Virus genome (UHGV): UHGV-0212524
Length of the DNA stretch: 64,000 nucleotides
Source of the DNA: a virus
Reading direction: 5' to 3' (one strand)
A model generated the notes under the pieces. It worked only from the letters and a program-made list of their open reading frames with translations. It made no database searches and was not told the origin of the DNA. Position numbers and translations under genes: made by a program. Numbering within the stretch: the first letter of the stretch is position 1; each line of letters opens with the position of its first letter. Positions 9,936 through 19,497 of the stretch are shown here, one piece after another.

Positions 9936-10717
9936 TGGCAGTTGTCGGCGTAGGTGGTTGGATTGGTTCTTCAGCAAAAGCTGAAACTGGTAACGATTGG
10001 ATGTCTGGCGCGATGCGCACACTTGGTGTGCCGGTTCCAGGCTGGATGTCGCAATTGGCGGGAAAATCAAAAGAGGTTCAGTATTCGATCGGGGCTAATC
10101 ACAATTACAATAAAGATACGCTTATTAACTATTTACGTTCTATAGGCTCTAATGCTGTCGTTGTGACCATTACAGGGGATTTAGTGTCTTATAGTAGCGG
10201 GGTTCCTTGTTTAGAATTCCCTAGCAATCTTCCAAATTCGTATATTACACTCATCATCAATCCTGGGGTTACAGTATACGGCAGAGGAGGCAACGGCGGT
10301 TCTAACTCACCAGGCGGTGCAGGTGGAACCGCAATACAGAACGGAATAGGAAACAGACTGCGTATAACCAACCGTGGCGCTATTGCCGGAGGCGGTGGCG
10401 GCGGTGGCGGCGGTAACAGGGGTAGACTAATATTTGGTGGTGGCGGTGGTCGCCCATTCGGTGCTGGTGGGTCTTCCTCACATATGAGTTCCGGTGCAGC
10501 TGCTGGTACTATTTCCGCTCCTGGTAGAGGATCTGTTGGTGAGGGGTCTCTTAGTGCATATACAGGCGGTTCGGGTGGTAATGTCGGTGCTGCTGGAGGA
10601 AGATGTAATACTCATGGTAACGGTACAGAATATAACGGCGGAGCCGCTGGTGCAGCCGTTAGAGGTAATGCGCCAAGATGGGACGCAGTAGGTGCAATAT
10701 ATGGTTCACGTGTTTAA
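9935..10717 (+). CDS. glycine-rich protein, possibly fibre-associated (260 aa)
   Basis: TAATG stop/start overlap with the fibre gene; poly-Gly tracts (GGGGGGGGGNRG); N-terminus paralogous to the next gene. Confidence 0.55.
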   Translation: MAVVGVGGWIGSSAKAETGNDWMSGAMRTLGVPVPGWMSQLAGKSKEVQYSIGANHNYNKDTLINYLRSIGSNAVVVTITGDLVSYSSGVPCLEFPSNLPNSYITLIINPGVTVYGRGGNGGSNSPGGAGGTAIQNGIGNRLRITNRGAIAGGGGGGGGGNRGRLIFGGGGGRPFGAGGSSSHMSSGAAAGTISAPGRGSVGEGSLSAYTGGSGGNVGAAGGRCNTHGNGTEYNGGAAGAAVRGNAPRWDAVGAIYGSRV

Positions 10718-10777
10718 TTTGAAAAAGTATGGGGATACTCACTCCCCTCCTCACACCTTTCAAAAGGATAGGGTATA

Positions 10778-11281
10778 ATGGGGGTAGCATCTGGATGGGT
10801 CGGTTCTTCGGCCAAGAACGAAACGGGCGAACAATGGATGAGTGCTGCTGGTAGTAAATTAGGATTGGGTAGACCTTTTATGATGAGTCAAATGGTGGGC
10901 CGATCTCTTGGCTGTAAAATCGCAACTGCTGCATATAGCGATTCAATGGCTAAATTTTGGGGTGCGGTGGGACCAAACTGGCCGTTAGCGCAGAAAAATA
11001 AAGGGACTATTCAGAATCCTGGTAGCTGCGGCGTAGGCACACTTATTGGTATCCAACTACTATTGATCACATTGGCTGCTGATGCAAAACCAAGTTTAGC
11101 GGTCTATTTACAAGGTGGGAGAGCTTCTAACATCACCGTAAATCTAGGCGGCAACACTTGTACGGTAGCCTATCAGCAGGTTATTAATGGTCAACATTAT
11201 TACTGGACCTCTAACATTAGCACTGCTTTCCAAAACGTGATGAAATCAACCGGCACATTAAGAGATTTGAAGATTAGTTAA
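10778..11281 (+). CDS. hypothetical protein, N-terminal paralog of the glycine-rich protein (167 aa)
   Basis: MGVASGWVGSSAKNETGEQWMSAAG versus MAVVGVGGWIGSSAKAETGNDWMSGA. Confidence 0.55.
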   Translation: MGVASGWVGSSAKNETGEQWMSAAGSKLGLGRPFMMSQMVGRSLGCKIATAAYSDSMAKFWGAVGPNWPLAQKNKGTIQNPGSCGVGTLIGIQLLLITLAADAKPSLAVYLQGGRASNITVNLGGNTCTVAYQQVINGQHYYWTSNISTAFQNVMKSTGTLRDLKIS

Positions 11282-11310
11282 TAATTTTCAAGCGAATGTG
11301 CTTGAAAACG

Positions 11311-11428
11311 TAATCGGGGGGGGGGGTGAAATGTTTTTAGCCACCATTTTATGTCTCCCCAAGCATAGGAGGTAACCATACGTGGAACATTTCACGCCTG
11401 TTTGGGCGTTAACTTAAGTAAAAAACGA
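11311..11428 (+). repeat. degenerate duplicate of the leader and 5-prime end of gene 11521, with a G11 homopolymer
   Basis: About 95 nt near-identical to 11453..11555, including the ggaggtaaccatacgtggaaca start region; the copy encodes only MEHFTPVWALT then a stop; G-run at 11316..11326. Confidence 0.7.
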
Positions 11429-11520
11429 TCACTCGAATCTGCTATAAAAAGCAATCGGGGGGTGGTGAAATGTTTATAGACAACTTTTTATGTCTCTCCA
11501 ATCATAGGAGGTAACCATAC

Positions 11521-12033
11521 GTGGAACAATTCACGCCTGATTTGTCGTTAACTTCACTTAACATGGTTATTTCACTGGTTAACCATGACCTCCAGCTCGA
11601 CCTGCAAGAGAACGAGGTTGAAGTCAGCGACGTAAAGACCAGTAACGAAATGGATCGTGACACCACTGCTGTTGTAAAGATAAAACGTCCTGGTAACAGA
11701 ACGTTACAAATCTATTACAACCGTTTAACCGCAGAGCGGTGGTTAAACCAGCAACCTATTCTGGTAAAGGTTTCCGGTAATGGTTTTACCGCACACGATC
11801 TAATCGACGGAATTAACGCGGCTTGCGGTTGTAATTTACAACCCGACGATCTTACCGACGAATCATTTACCGTAGGGAAAGACGCTGTAACGTTACAGGT
11901 TTCACCCAACTCGTTAGGTTATAAAGGCCAATTCTCCGTTCTGGTTTTCGGTAACGACGAAGAAGCCGCTGTAGTAAAAGACAACGATTTAATCGTTACC
12001 GCAGATAATCGCGTCTTAACCTTTGGTGGTTAA
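11521..12033 (+). CDS. hypothetical protein, paralog family A (170 aa, GTG start)
   Basis: Paralog of the 1394..1957 product; RBS ggagg upstream. Confidence 0.6.
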   Translation: MEQFTPDLSLTSLNMVISLVNHDLQLDLQENEVEVSDVKTSNEMDRDTTAVVKIKRPGNRTLQIYYNRLTAERWLNQQPILVKVSGNGFTAHDLIDGINAACGCNLQPDDLTDESFTVGKDAVTLQVSPNSLGYKGQFSVLVFGNDEEAAVVKDNDLIVTADNRVLTFGG

Positions 12034-12191
12034 TAGTGGCTGAACTGGTAGGAAAGGTACGCATTCGCGAGCTACCGACACTTTCAGAAGACATCACTGG
12101 TGTGGTGGTGTTAGCGTCTATTGCCTGTTAAGATCGTTATTACGCATCTTACAGGGACAACGCTTTCTCAGAACGGAATGAAATAAATATT

Positions 12192-12236
12192 AGGTAGTAG
12201 GGGCTAAGCCCCTACTACCTTTCTTTTTTATTTTTT
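12192..12236 (+). terminator. rho-independent terminator
   Basis: ggtagtaggggc taag cccctactacc followed by tttcttttttattttttct. Confidence 0.75.
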
Positions 12237-12283
12237 CTCAGATATATATTACCTAGGGGAGAGCGAAATTTACATTCGCTCTA
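12237..12283 (+). promoter_or_regulatory. conserved promoter-like motif plus downstream hairpin (copy 1 of 4)
   Basis: ctcagatatatattacctagg followed by the stem gagcgaa / ttcgctc. Confidence 0.5.
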
Positions 12284-12407
12284 TTAGTTATAGCCGAAAG
12301 GAGGATTAGTTCTATCACCCGTATTATCTGTTCTGGTGAATTGGGTGAAGATAAAAAATCGTGTTTGATAAATTAGTTGAAGACTACGTTAAGAAAGAGG
12401 GACAATT

Positions 12408-12851
12408 ATGAAACCAAATACTACTAACGGCATTATGTTACTTTGTGATTCTGAAACGTTAGCAAATCGTATTCGTGGTTTGATGCAAGTACGTTGGCAG
12501 CAAAAGGTTTGCGTGGACTATGCTGCACCGTTTGTTCACGTTACCTGGCTACCAGAAGCTAACGATTTTAAAGAGAGTATAACCACGAGAAGAATTAAAG
12601 ATTGGTTAATGGCAATCATTAACAAACGGATTACCGTTATCAATTTCCAGTTGTTCGGTAGTAAAGAAGAACACGATACCTTAAAACGCTGTTTAAGGGG
12701 ATTGGATCTTGCCTTTTCTGTTCGTGGAAACTGTTACACAGCGTTCTTCATCGGTTCTCTTGAGTTATTTCAGGGAACATTAAACATTCAACTAAAAGAA
12801 GATTACGGGATCGTAAATAAGATTGATTTCGAATTCCCAGCAATGATTTAA
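12408..12851 (+). CDS. hypothetical protein (147 aa)
   Basis: Intact ORF with RBS gagggacaattATG. Confidence 0.55.
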   Translation: MKPNTTNGIMLLCDSETLANRIRGLMQVRWQQKVCVDYAAPFVHVTWLPEANDFKESITTRRIKDWLMAIINKRITVINFQLFGSKEEHDTLKRCLRGLDLAFSVRGNCYTAFFIGSLELFQGTLNIQLKEDYGIVNKIDFEFPAMI

Positions 12852-12862
12852 GGAGGAGTAGC

Positions 12863-13705
12863 ATGTTTCAGTTCGAACTCACCGAAGAAGAAAAGGTTAT
12901 CAACAAGTTTAAAATTTCCCCTATCCCTACTGAGGATCAAATTAAAGAAATCACTGAGCTACAAAACACGTACACGTTTTACTATAAAGTTAAATCAGAA
13001 GCGTTTAACATTTTCTGGGTAGAAGGCGAGGTCGATTTCCCTAACAAGCTCATTAGTGCGGTTATGGATATTTTAGTACGGGCTGTTGAGACGCCTAAAG
13101 ATCCAGAAATTCCGGATCAAATGACTTGTAGGCTAAAAGACAAGCCAACTGCGAAAGACGTCGCTTACTTCACAGACGAGATTCCACTTACCCCCAAACA
13201 GGCAGGTAAAATCGGTTCGATATTATACCTTTTTTACAACGACAAATTCACTTATCTGGTTGAAAACAACGTGCTTAAAGTGAACTATGAAGGTGCTACT
13301 TATCGCGCTTTTTTAAATAACCTATTGAATGACATAGAGAAAGAAAATATTCTGCTATTTACAGTTGAGGATATTAGCGAGGCCGATGCTGCCGAGTTTA
13401 TTCGCGCAGTGAAAGATGAACACGAACACCATCTATTTATAATTTATCAAAGCAAATATCTTGAAGGTAACCTGAATCTCTTGATCCCAAACAAACCATG
13501 GGTTCTTAAAGTTCTGGAACCCCTTGCGCAGAAAATTAAGAGAGATGGTGAATATTTTAAACACGTTCTCAAGAAATACGAAAAAGAAATCAGCGAACGA
13601 CTTTCACGCCACTTTTTTGGACAGCTAGAAGCTCACGTTGGCGAATACGCCCAGCTGTTTGATAGATTTTGTAACGAGATGAGAGAAGTTCGGAATCTTA
13701 AATAA
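12863..13705 (+). CDS. hypothetical protein sharing a roughly 50-aa module with the 17664..18830 product (280 aa)
   Basis: LLFTVEDISEADAAEFIRAVKDEHEHH resembles LISFQGIGKGEADEFMRIVVHEHKEK and LLTITTIGKEDADTFMRDITRWF. Confidence 0.55.
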   Translation: MFQFELTEEEKVINKFKISPIPTEDQIKEITELQNTYTFYYKVKSEAFNIFWVEGEVDFPNKLISAVMDILVRAVETPKDPEIPDQMTCRLKDKPTAKDVAYFTDEIPLTPKQAGKIGSILYLFYNDKFTYLVENNVLKVNYEGATYRAFLNNLLNDIEKENILLFTVEDISEADAAEFIRAVKDEHEHHLFIIYQSKYLEGNLNLLIPNKPWVLKVLEPLAQKIKRDGEYFKHVLKKYEKEISERLSRHFFGQLEAHVGEYAQLFDRFCNEMREVRNLK

Positions 13706-13747
13706 CGAAGGCTTAATTACCCCACTATTTACCTAAAGGAGCATTAA

Positions 13748-14263
13748 ATGTCTGTAACAATCAACATGAATCTTTATACCAAACGTGAACGTCAAATCTT
13801 GGCTAATCAGCCAGGTGTTACTACGATTGACGGTAAACCTATCGACCCATTAAAAGTCGTTGTCGCACACAACTGTTTCGAGAAAGACTGGGACATCATG
13901 TATTTCCGTTGCCGTTCTGTCGCCAACGCACTTACCCAGCTCTCGAATTATCATCCTGGCCCAGTATTAAAAGACTGGGTTTGGTTAGTCCCTAAAACAC
14001 CTTCAGCGATTGAGTATCCGTCGGGTATGGTCTATATTCGTCCTGTCGCTTATCCAGAACGTTTAAAAGAATATCTGGAGGTTATCTGGGACCGACCTCG
14101 TAAAGAGCTGGTGACGATTATCCGTTTACTTCAAATGTGCGATATCCCCAATGTTTCGAATCTGAAACTTACGTCTCGCGATATTAACCAGGCTTACTGG
14201 GAACTAGAGTGGACAGAACCGAAATTCGAAAACACTAACCGTATTTTCTTGCACCGGGGGTAA
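13748..14263 (+). CDS. hypothetical protein (171 aa)
   Basis: Intact ORF preceded by the conserved tttacctaaaggagcattaaa leader. Confidence 0.55.
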   Translation: MSVTINMNLYTKRERQILANQPGVTTIDGKPIDPLKVVVAHNCFEKDWDIMYFRCRSVANALTQLSNYHPGPVLKDWVWLVPKTPSAIEYPSGMVYIRPVAYPERLKEYLEVIWDRPRKELVTIIRLLQMCDIPNVSNLKLTSRDINQAYWELEWTEPKFENTNRIFLHRG

Positions 14264-14265
14264 AA

Positions 14266-14547
14266 ATGTTAGATTGGTTGTTGGGTTTAATTAACTCACG
14301 TCAACAGGAGCTTTATAAAGAAAACACGCGGTTACGGCAGCAGCTTAGTAACAATCGTCAAACCAAACGACAGTTAATTCGGATGGTAAAACAACAGGCG
14401 CGCTGTATACGCGATATCGATTATCAGTATCACCGTCTGAATACCTTAGACCCAACAACAAAAGCTTTAGGCAGTACGATTGGACACGCACGGAAAGTCA
14501 GTCACGACGCGTTAGTTCGAATCGACACAATAGAAGAGAAGCTGTGA
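14266..14547 (+). CDS. hypothetical coiled-coil protein (93 aa)
   Basis: Gln/Arg-rich heptad-like sequence. Confidence 0.5.
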   Translation: MLDWLLGLINSRQQELYKENTRLRQQLSNNRQTKRQLIRMVKQQARCIRDIDYQYHRLNTLDPTTKALGSTIGHARKVSHDALVRIDTIEEKL

Positions 14548-14589
14548 TATAACCCCTCTCAGGAATTCCTGAGAGGGTGGAGTAACAAT

Positions 14590-14964
14590 ATGTCATTACT
14601 GTTATACAAATTCAGATGTTGGCTAGACACCTCGTTTAAAACCTGGGCTTGTGGTGAGAATGTCAGAACGATCGTTAAAGCAACAGACTGGTATACCGAA
14701 ATTGTGGTACTCCCTGACGGTAAACTAATTAATGTTCAGGTACGCAATATCACCGTCAGGATAGGTCGTAAAGGCGGTGCTATTTTTCTTCCCGAACTCT
14801 ATCTGGTTTCTGCATTGGAACTGAAAGCAGGACCGATGTTATTTGGTCGAACAGCGCAACACTATTTCGATACGCTTATTAAACTTAGTAATAGTGTAAA
14901 GAAATTAGGTGAGTCGGTCCATAGATTTATTAAAGAAACTGAACGAACTACGGTGGAGATTTAA
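14590..14964 (+). CDS. hypothetical protein (124 aa)
   Basis: Intact ORF; a GC-rich hairpin (14554..14577) lies upstream. Confidence 0.5.
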   Translation: MSLLLYKFRCWLDTSFKTWACGENVRTIVKATDWYTEIVVLPDGKLINVQVRNITVRIGRKGGAIFLPELYLVSALELKAGPMLFGRTAQHYFDTLIKLSNSVKKLGESVHRFIKETERTTVEI

Positions 14965-14967
14965 AAG

Positions 14968-15276
14968 ATGGAAAGTAAAATCACGAACACATCAGCACCT
15001 GAGAACATTGTCAACTATATTCTCAGTGGCGGATTGTTAGAAGACAATAAAGAAACGTGCGATAAACTCGTTTCTCAACTACTGCCGATTCGTTCAGAAT
15101 ACTGCGAAGTCGTTATCTTGGGTTCTGAGTATTGCGTACGTTCTTACTGTCGTCGTTTCGAAGCCTTACGTGTTCCACGTACGTTAGGTGGCGTGATACT
15201 CTTAGTCTCTAACTTTCACAATGCACACGTTCGTGTTGCAACCTGGATTGCTAACGGTGGTAACAATGGTTTTTAA
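14968..15276 (+). CDS. hypothetical protein (102 aa)
   Basis: Intact ORF. Confidence 0.5.
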   Translation: MESKITNTSAPENIVNYILSGGLLEDNKETCDKLVSQLLPIRSEYCEVVILGSEYCVRSYCRRFEALRVPRTLGGVILLVSNFHNAHVRVATWIANGGNNGF

Positions 15277-15574
15277 ATTGTTAGGTTTCGGAAAATGCAA
15301 AGAGTGTGCAAAGCACGAAGAATATATCAAGTTATTAGAAGAAACAGTTGAAACGCAAAAAGAACTTATCTCTGAATACCGCGCGAAAACCGGTTCAGTG
15401 GAATATCTGACCATCCTTGTTTGTGCTATTGCTGAATTGGGTTGTGAGGGAAAATTACCTAAAGAAGAGATATTAAAATTATTAAAAGAAAAAACAGAGT
15501 TCTACCGTAAAGAAATTGATGATTATAAACGTGAAGTTATAAGAGCGAATTGGGAGGTTATTAATGAAGCGTGA
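15266..15574 (+). CDS. hypothetical coiled-coil protein (about 102 aa from internal ATG)
   Basis: Track ORF begins at 15221 and would overlap the previous gene; the ATG at 15266 gives a short start/stop overlap instead. Confidence 0.45.
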   Translation: MVFKLLGFGKCKECAKHEEYIKLLEETVETQKELISEYRAKTGSVEYLTILVCAIAELGCEGKLPKEEILKLLKEKTEFYRKEIDDYKREVIRANWEVINEA

Positions 15575-15845
15575 AACGGTTGTATTTCGTAGTAATGGTG
15601 ATGTGGTTTTGTATCGTGGTAAGAAACGTATTCGTACGTTAGAATACCGAGAAGCAAAACGTTTTGTTGAAGAGTGTGCATGGTTAATGCATTACGAAGG
15701 GAACTATCGTGCTATCTTAGAAGCACCGCGTTTAGAACGTGCGGTTGCACAGATGGCGATAGGTAATCCTAAGAACTGTTACCTGGCACGTAAGCCAAAA
15801 TACCTACAGCGGCTTTCGTTAGGTAGCTTTATTGCGGGGTTTTAA
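15564..15845 (+). CDS. hypothetical protein (93 aa)
   Basis: Intact ORF with start overlap typical of coupling. Confidence 0.5.
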   Translation: MKRETVVFRSNGDVVLYRGKKRIRTLEYREAKRFVEECAWLMHYEGNYRAILEAPRLERAVAQMAIGNPKNCYLARKPKYLQRLSLGSFIAGF

Positions 15846-15856
15846 TAAAAATAATT

Positions 15857-15897
15857 TCAGATATATATTACCTAGGTGAGAGTTCAGCTACTCTCAC
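15857..15897 (+). promoter_or_regulatory. conserved promoter-like motif plus hairpin (copy 2 of 4)
   Basis: tcagatatatattacctaggtgagagttcagctactctcac; the downstream leader is nearly identical to copy 4. Confidence 0.5.
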
Positions 15898-15927
15898 TTA
15901 ACTAAAACCATTTTAGGAGCATATACC

Positions 15928-16422
15928 ATGAACTTCACTAGACTTGATTACACTAACGAATTAGTTGACAAAGAAAAATACAAATTCACCGTTGACTTGG
16001 GTTACGGATTACTGGACGTAGAAAAAGATGTTCTGCACAAAGAATTCCGTGAGCAGTTCGGTGCTTTGTTCTGCGCAGGTTTCCGCAGAAACACTATTGA
16101 TATCGGTTACAGCGCAACAGCGTATACCGATGAAGAAATGTTTAAGCTGGTAACACAGATTATCGGAACGCGTGGAGCTAATCGTCTTAATTATTCCAAC
16201 GAACTTGTTTCGAAAGAGCATTACAAGTTCACCGTTAGACTACCTGCACACCTCACAGAAGAAGATAAGAACATCCTCTACAAAGCCCTCCAAACCGAAT
16301 TCGGTAAATCGCTCAAAGTAGGGTTCCGTAGTCGTAGTATCGATATCGGAATTAGTGTGGATGTGTGTAGTGACGATGACCTTTACGAATTAGTTTCGGA
16401 AGTTATCGGAAAACATCTCTAA
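15928..16422 (+). CDS. hypothetical protein with internal tandem duplication (164 aa)
   Basis: Two roughly 80-aa halves: LDYTNELVDKEKYKFTV...FRRNTIDIGYS... and LNYSNELVSKEHYKFTV...FRSRSIDIGIS... Confidence 0.6.
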   Translation: MNFTRLDYTNELVDKEKYKFTVDLGYGLLDVEKDVLHKEFREQFGALFCAGFRRNTIDIGYSATAYTDEEMFKLVTQIIGTRGANRLNYSNELVSKEHYKFTVRLPAHLTEEDKNILYKALQTEFGKSLKVGFRSRSIDIGISVDVCSDDDLYELVSEVIGKHL

Positions 16423-16468
16423 ACCTAAATTAACACTTCGACTTGTAAATCTAAAAGGAAAAATAAAA

Positions 16469-17233
16469 ATGAAAACTATCGAATTCAAAAACAGCAACGT
16501 ACGCGAGCAAGGACACATTATCACGAGCTTCCTGAAAAATTCTACACCGCATTTAGCTTATCAATTCTACGGGAACGAACTTAAGATTGCCGGTTTTGAT
16601 GAAGTTGAATTAAATAGGGCAAACGAATTCATTACCGACGTTATTGCCGACGAAGCTACCTGTTTAGTTCTGAACTTTGTTAAACCTGGAGAAGACATAA
16701 AGTCTGCCGAGAAGTTATTTATGGCAGTTTCTGAGAAACTATACGGTATCGTTGAGGTTGATAGCAATAACTATATTGTTTATTTTAAGCATTCTCCAAA
16801 GAAAAACCTCACTAAACTCAGAGAGTTTTTTGAACACAACCCTTCATACTGCGTAGATCTTTACACCCTCGCTTACGACGGAAAAGTACATCCTAACAAC
16901 CTTATTCGTTATGACTATATTCCGCATGTACCGGGAAGATTCGAGGCTACGGAATGGTTCTTATTACACAAAGATCGGATTGCTTATTACAATTACGAAG
17001 AGATCAAAGGAATTGTAGACAAAATCAATGACGACTACTTACAAACTCGCGAAATGTTTTGCGTGACTGTAAGAGCTAACGGATTAACTTCGTTCACTTG
17101 TGACAACCGCGTCGGTCGTCGCGTCTACGATCTGCTAATAAAGGAACTCGACAAACTTACTCCGGTAAAAGTTGGTGTTAACTATTTAAATTGGATAAAG
17201 GCAGGATTAATTGATGAAAACCCTAAATTCTGA
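16469..17233 (+). CDS. hypothetical protein (254 aa)
   Basis: Intact ORF with RBS aaaggaaaaataaaaATG. Confidence 0.55.
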   Translation: MKTIEFKNSNVREQGHIITSFLKNSTPHLAYQFYGNELKIAGFDEVELNRANEFITDVIADEATCLVLNFVKPGEDIKSAEKLFMAVSEKLYGIVEVDSNNYIVYFKHSPKKNLTKLREFFEHNPSYCVDLYTLAYDGKVHPNNLIRYDYIPHVPGRFEATEWFLLHKDRIAYYNYEEIKGIVDKINDDYLQTREMFCVTVRANGLTSFTCDNRVGRRVYDLLIKELDKLTPVKVGVNYLNWIKAGLIDENPKF

Positions 17234-17642
17234 TTTGCGTGATTACATTCGTAAATACCCAGCCAGTATTCCGGTACTGGCTTCACTCTCTTTATCGGGT
17301 ATGGACCTTAATACCTTAACGGTAGAAAAATTCCACGAAGTGGTGAAGTCGTCGTATCAAATTGTTACCGATATGTCAGTGCGGAAACGTGCTGACTACC
17401 CAGACGGCGATTTCGGTACAGAGATGTTCACAGACTACGCAGTTGCGTATCTGATGGGACGTCACTTTATCGATAAACTCAATACGGCTGTAGAAGGAGA
17501 AACAGTCACGGAAATTGTTAATGCTTGGCAGCAACGTATTGTGAGTGACGCTTACTGTCGTCAAGCCTTAAAGAAAATGTCGGCGGTAGCATTAACCAAT
17601 GACCAACGTGCTTTAGAGTTCCTTAAGCACAACTACGAATAA
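17211..17642 (+). CDS. hypothetical protein, paralog of the 18900..19331 product (143 aa)
   Basis: Same length and shared pattern (D.R.YIR..P, EYP.G..G) with the later gene. Confidence 0.55.
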   Translation: MMKTLNSDLRDYIRKYPASIPVLASLSLSGMDLNTLTVEKFHEVVKSSYQIVTDMSVRKRADYPDGDFGTEMFTDYAVAYLMGRHFIDKLNTAVEGETVTEIVNAWQQRIVSDAYCRQALKKMSAVALTNDQRALEFLKHNYE

Positions 17643-17663
17643 TTTACCAAAAGGAAAAGTACC

Positions 17664-18830
17664 ATGTTTAATATTGAGATTACACCGCTCGTTAAAACTG
17701 AAATCCGTCCGGTTCCTGAAGCACAGTTACTCGATCAACTTTATCGTATATTCCTGGATAAAGGTGTGCATTTCCGTGTAGAACAAGTCAACGATGAAAG
17801 CATCGTGTTCTACTGGACTCACAGCAACGATTACCTTTGCGACACTATCGCGGTGGAAATCGGTGAGTTGCTCAACCCGGTAGAAACAACCGAGACAGAG
17901 CAACCGAAAGTCGAAGAGCAGCAGAAAGACGAACCGCACGTCCTCTGGTACGAAGGCGAAAAGATTAAGGATATTAAAGAGGCGTTAGAGACCTTCTATC
18001 CCGATGATTTAGGCATTTACTGGGATAACAGCAAACTCGTCGTTCGATTGAAGAATGACGATCGTAACCTCATGGAAGAAGTACGTTCTGTCGCTGAGCT
18101 GATCGATAACGACACCGTTCGACTTATTTCGTTTCAAGGTATCGGAAAAGGTGAAGCGGACGAATTCATGCGTATAGTTGTTCACGAACACAAGGAGAAA
18201 ATTCGCCAGTCTAATTATGCTGGCGATACTCTAACTGTGCTTGTTGATAATGACCCTGTTGTTATTAATCAACTGAACATCTGTATGCGTAAGTTAACAA
18301 AGAAAATTTTTCTTAACCAACTCGAAGAAGGGGAGCAACCGCGTGAAGAGTCCGATGTGTTGAAAGCCTTTACATACACTGGTCCAGATGCCGAAGCGAT
18401 TAATGACACTTTGACAGCATTCTATTCTACCAAGGTAGAGACCAAACTCGAGGGCGAAAAACTCACCTTTAAATGGAAATGGTGGAACATTGCTTTTGAA
18501 GAAGAAATTCATAGTCTCATTAATGAGATTGTTGACAACCGTCTACGTCTTCTAACAATCACTACTATTGGGAAAGAAGATGCCGATACGTTTATGCGTG
18601 ATATCACTCGTTGGTTTCCTGAGAAAGTCCGTCAGTGGACTTACAAAAACGATACACTTACCATTCTACTCAACTATGAACCCGGTATTATTGGAAAGTT
18701 AAAAACTCATCTGCGTGACTTGTGGTCAGTTCGTTTTCTTAATAATAACGAGCACTTACTCGACGCGTACTTTAGAGAAATATCTTCTGGCGTAGGTTGC
18801 AACTGCCCTAACTGTCAGAAGCATCGCTAA
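17664..18830 (+). CDS. hypothetical protein with internal repeats and C-terminal Cys cluster (388 aa)
   Basis: Repeated module (see 12863..13705); C-terminal GCNCPNCQKHR suggests a small zinc-binding knuckle. Confidence 0.55.
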   Translation: MFNIEITPLVKTEIRPVPEAQLLDQLYRIFLDKGVHFRVEQVNDESIVFYWTHSNDYLCDTIAVEIGELLNPVETTETEQPKVEEQQKDEPHVLWYEGEKIKDIKEALETFYPDDLGIYWDNSKLVVRLKNDDRNLMEEVRSVAELIDNDTVRLISFQGIGKGEADEFMRIVVHEHKEKIRQSNYAGDTLTVLVDNDPVVINQLNICMRKLTKKIFLNQLEEGEQPREESDVLKAFTYTGPDAEAINDTLTAFYSTKVETKLEGEKLTFKWKWWNIAFEEEIHSLINEIVDNRLRLLTITTIGKEDADTFMRDITRWFPEKVRQWTYKNDTLTILLNYEPGIIGKLKTHLRDLWSVRFLNNNEHLLDAYFREISSGVGCNCPNCQKHR

Positions 18831-18847
18831 TTAACTAAAATCGTCCA

Positions 18848-18875
18848 AGGGGTGGTAAACCACCCCTCTATTATT
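18848..18875 (+). terminator. putative terminator hairpin
   Basis: aggggtgg taaa ccacccct followed by ctattattgtattt. Confidence 0.4.
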
Positions 18876-18899
18876 GTATTTACCTAAAGGAGCATTAAA

Positions 18900-19331
18900 A
18901 TGTTTTTCGTATTAAAAGATGATATCCGTAACTACATTCGCAACAACCCGATTGCCCTGGGCGTTTTAGCAGGTTTCTGTCGTCCAAATACTGATTTCGA
19001 TTTAGTTAAGTTAGAAGAATATCAGGAAATTGTGAATACTAACTACATGCACATCTGTAGCTGGGGTAAACGTCCTCGTGAAGAGTATCCCGCAGGTGAA
19101 TTAGGCGACTCTATGCATCGTGACCAGAATCTGATGCACGAATTCGTTGAATACACACTGGAAAATCTTAACTATCCGCTTTTAGTCGACACTGTACCAG
19201 AAATGGTTGACGAGTGGTTAAGTCGTGTTTACAACGACCCTACTGCCAGCACTCTACTGAGTCAGATGTCGCAAACTTCTCGTGATATCGACACCCGGAC
19301 CCTGATGTACCTAGCACACAACGTTCGCTAA
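18900..19331 (+). CDS. hypothetical protein, paralog of the 17211..17642 product (143 aa)
   Basis: Paralogy as above; preceded by the conserved tacctaaaggagcattaaaATG leader. Confidence 0.55.
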   Translation: MFFVLKDDIRNYIRNNPIALGVLAGFCRPNTDFDLVKLEEYQEIVNTNYMHICSWGKRPREEYPAGELGDSMHRDQNLMHEFVEYTLENLNYPLLVDTVPEMVDEWLSRVYNDPTASTLLSQMSQTSRDIDTRTLMYLAHNVR

Positions 19332-19338
19332 CCTCTCT

Positions 19339-19392
19339 CCGCTATAGGCTTCGGTCTATAGCGGAATTAATTTTCTTTCCCTTTTCTTTTTT
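19339..19392 (+). terminator. rho-independent terminator
   Basis: ccgctatag gcttcggt ctatagcgg followed by a T-rich tract. Confidence 0.6.
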
Positions 19393-19497
19393 GTTATTTT
19401 GACGCTACTTTACTTACACCCTACCCGACTATTCCTATGCTGGCTGAGGGATGTAAAACGACCTCTTAAACCTTTTTACTTACTGTGAGTTAACGCG

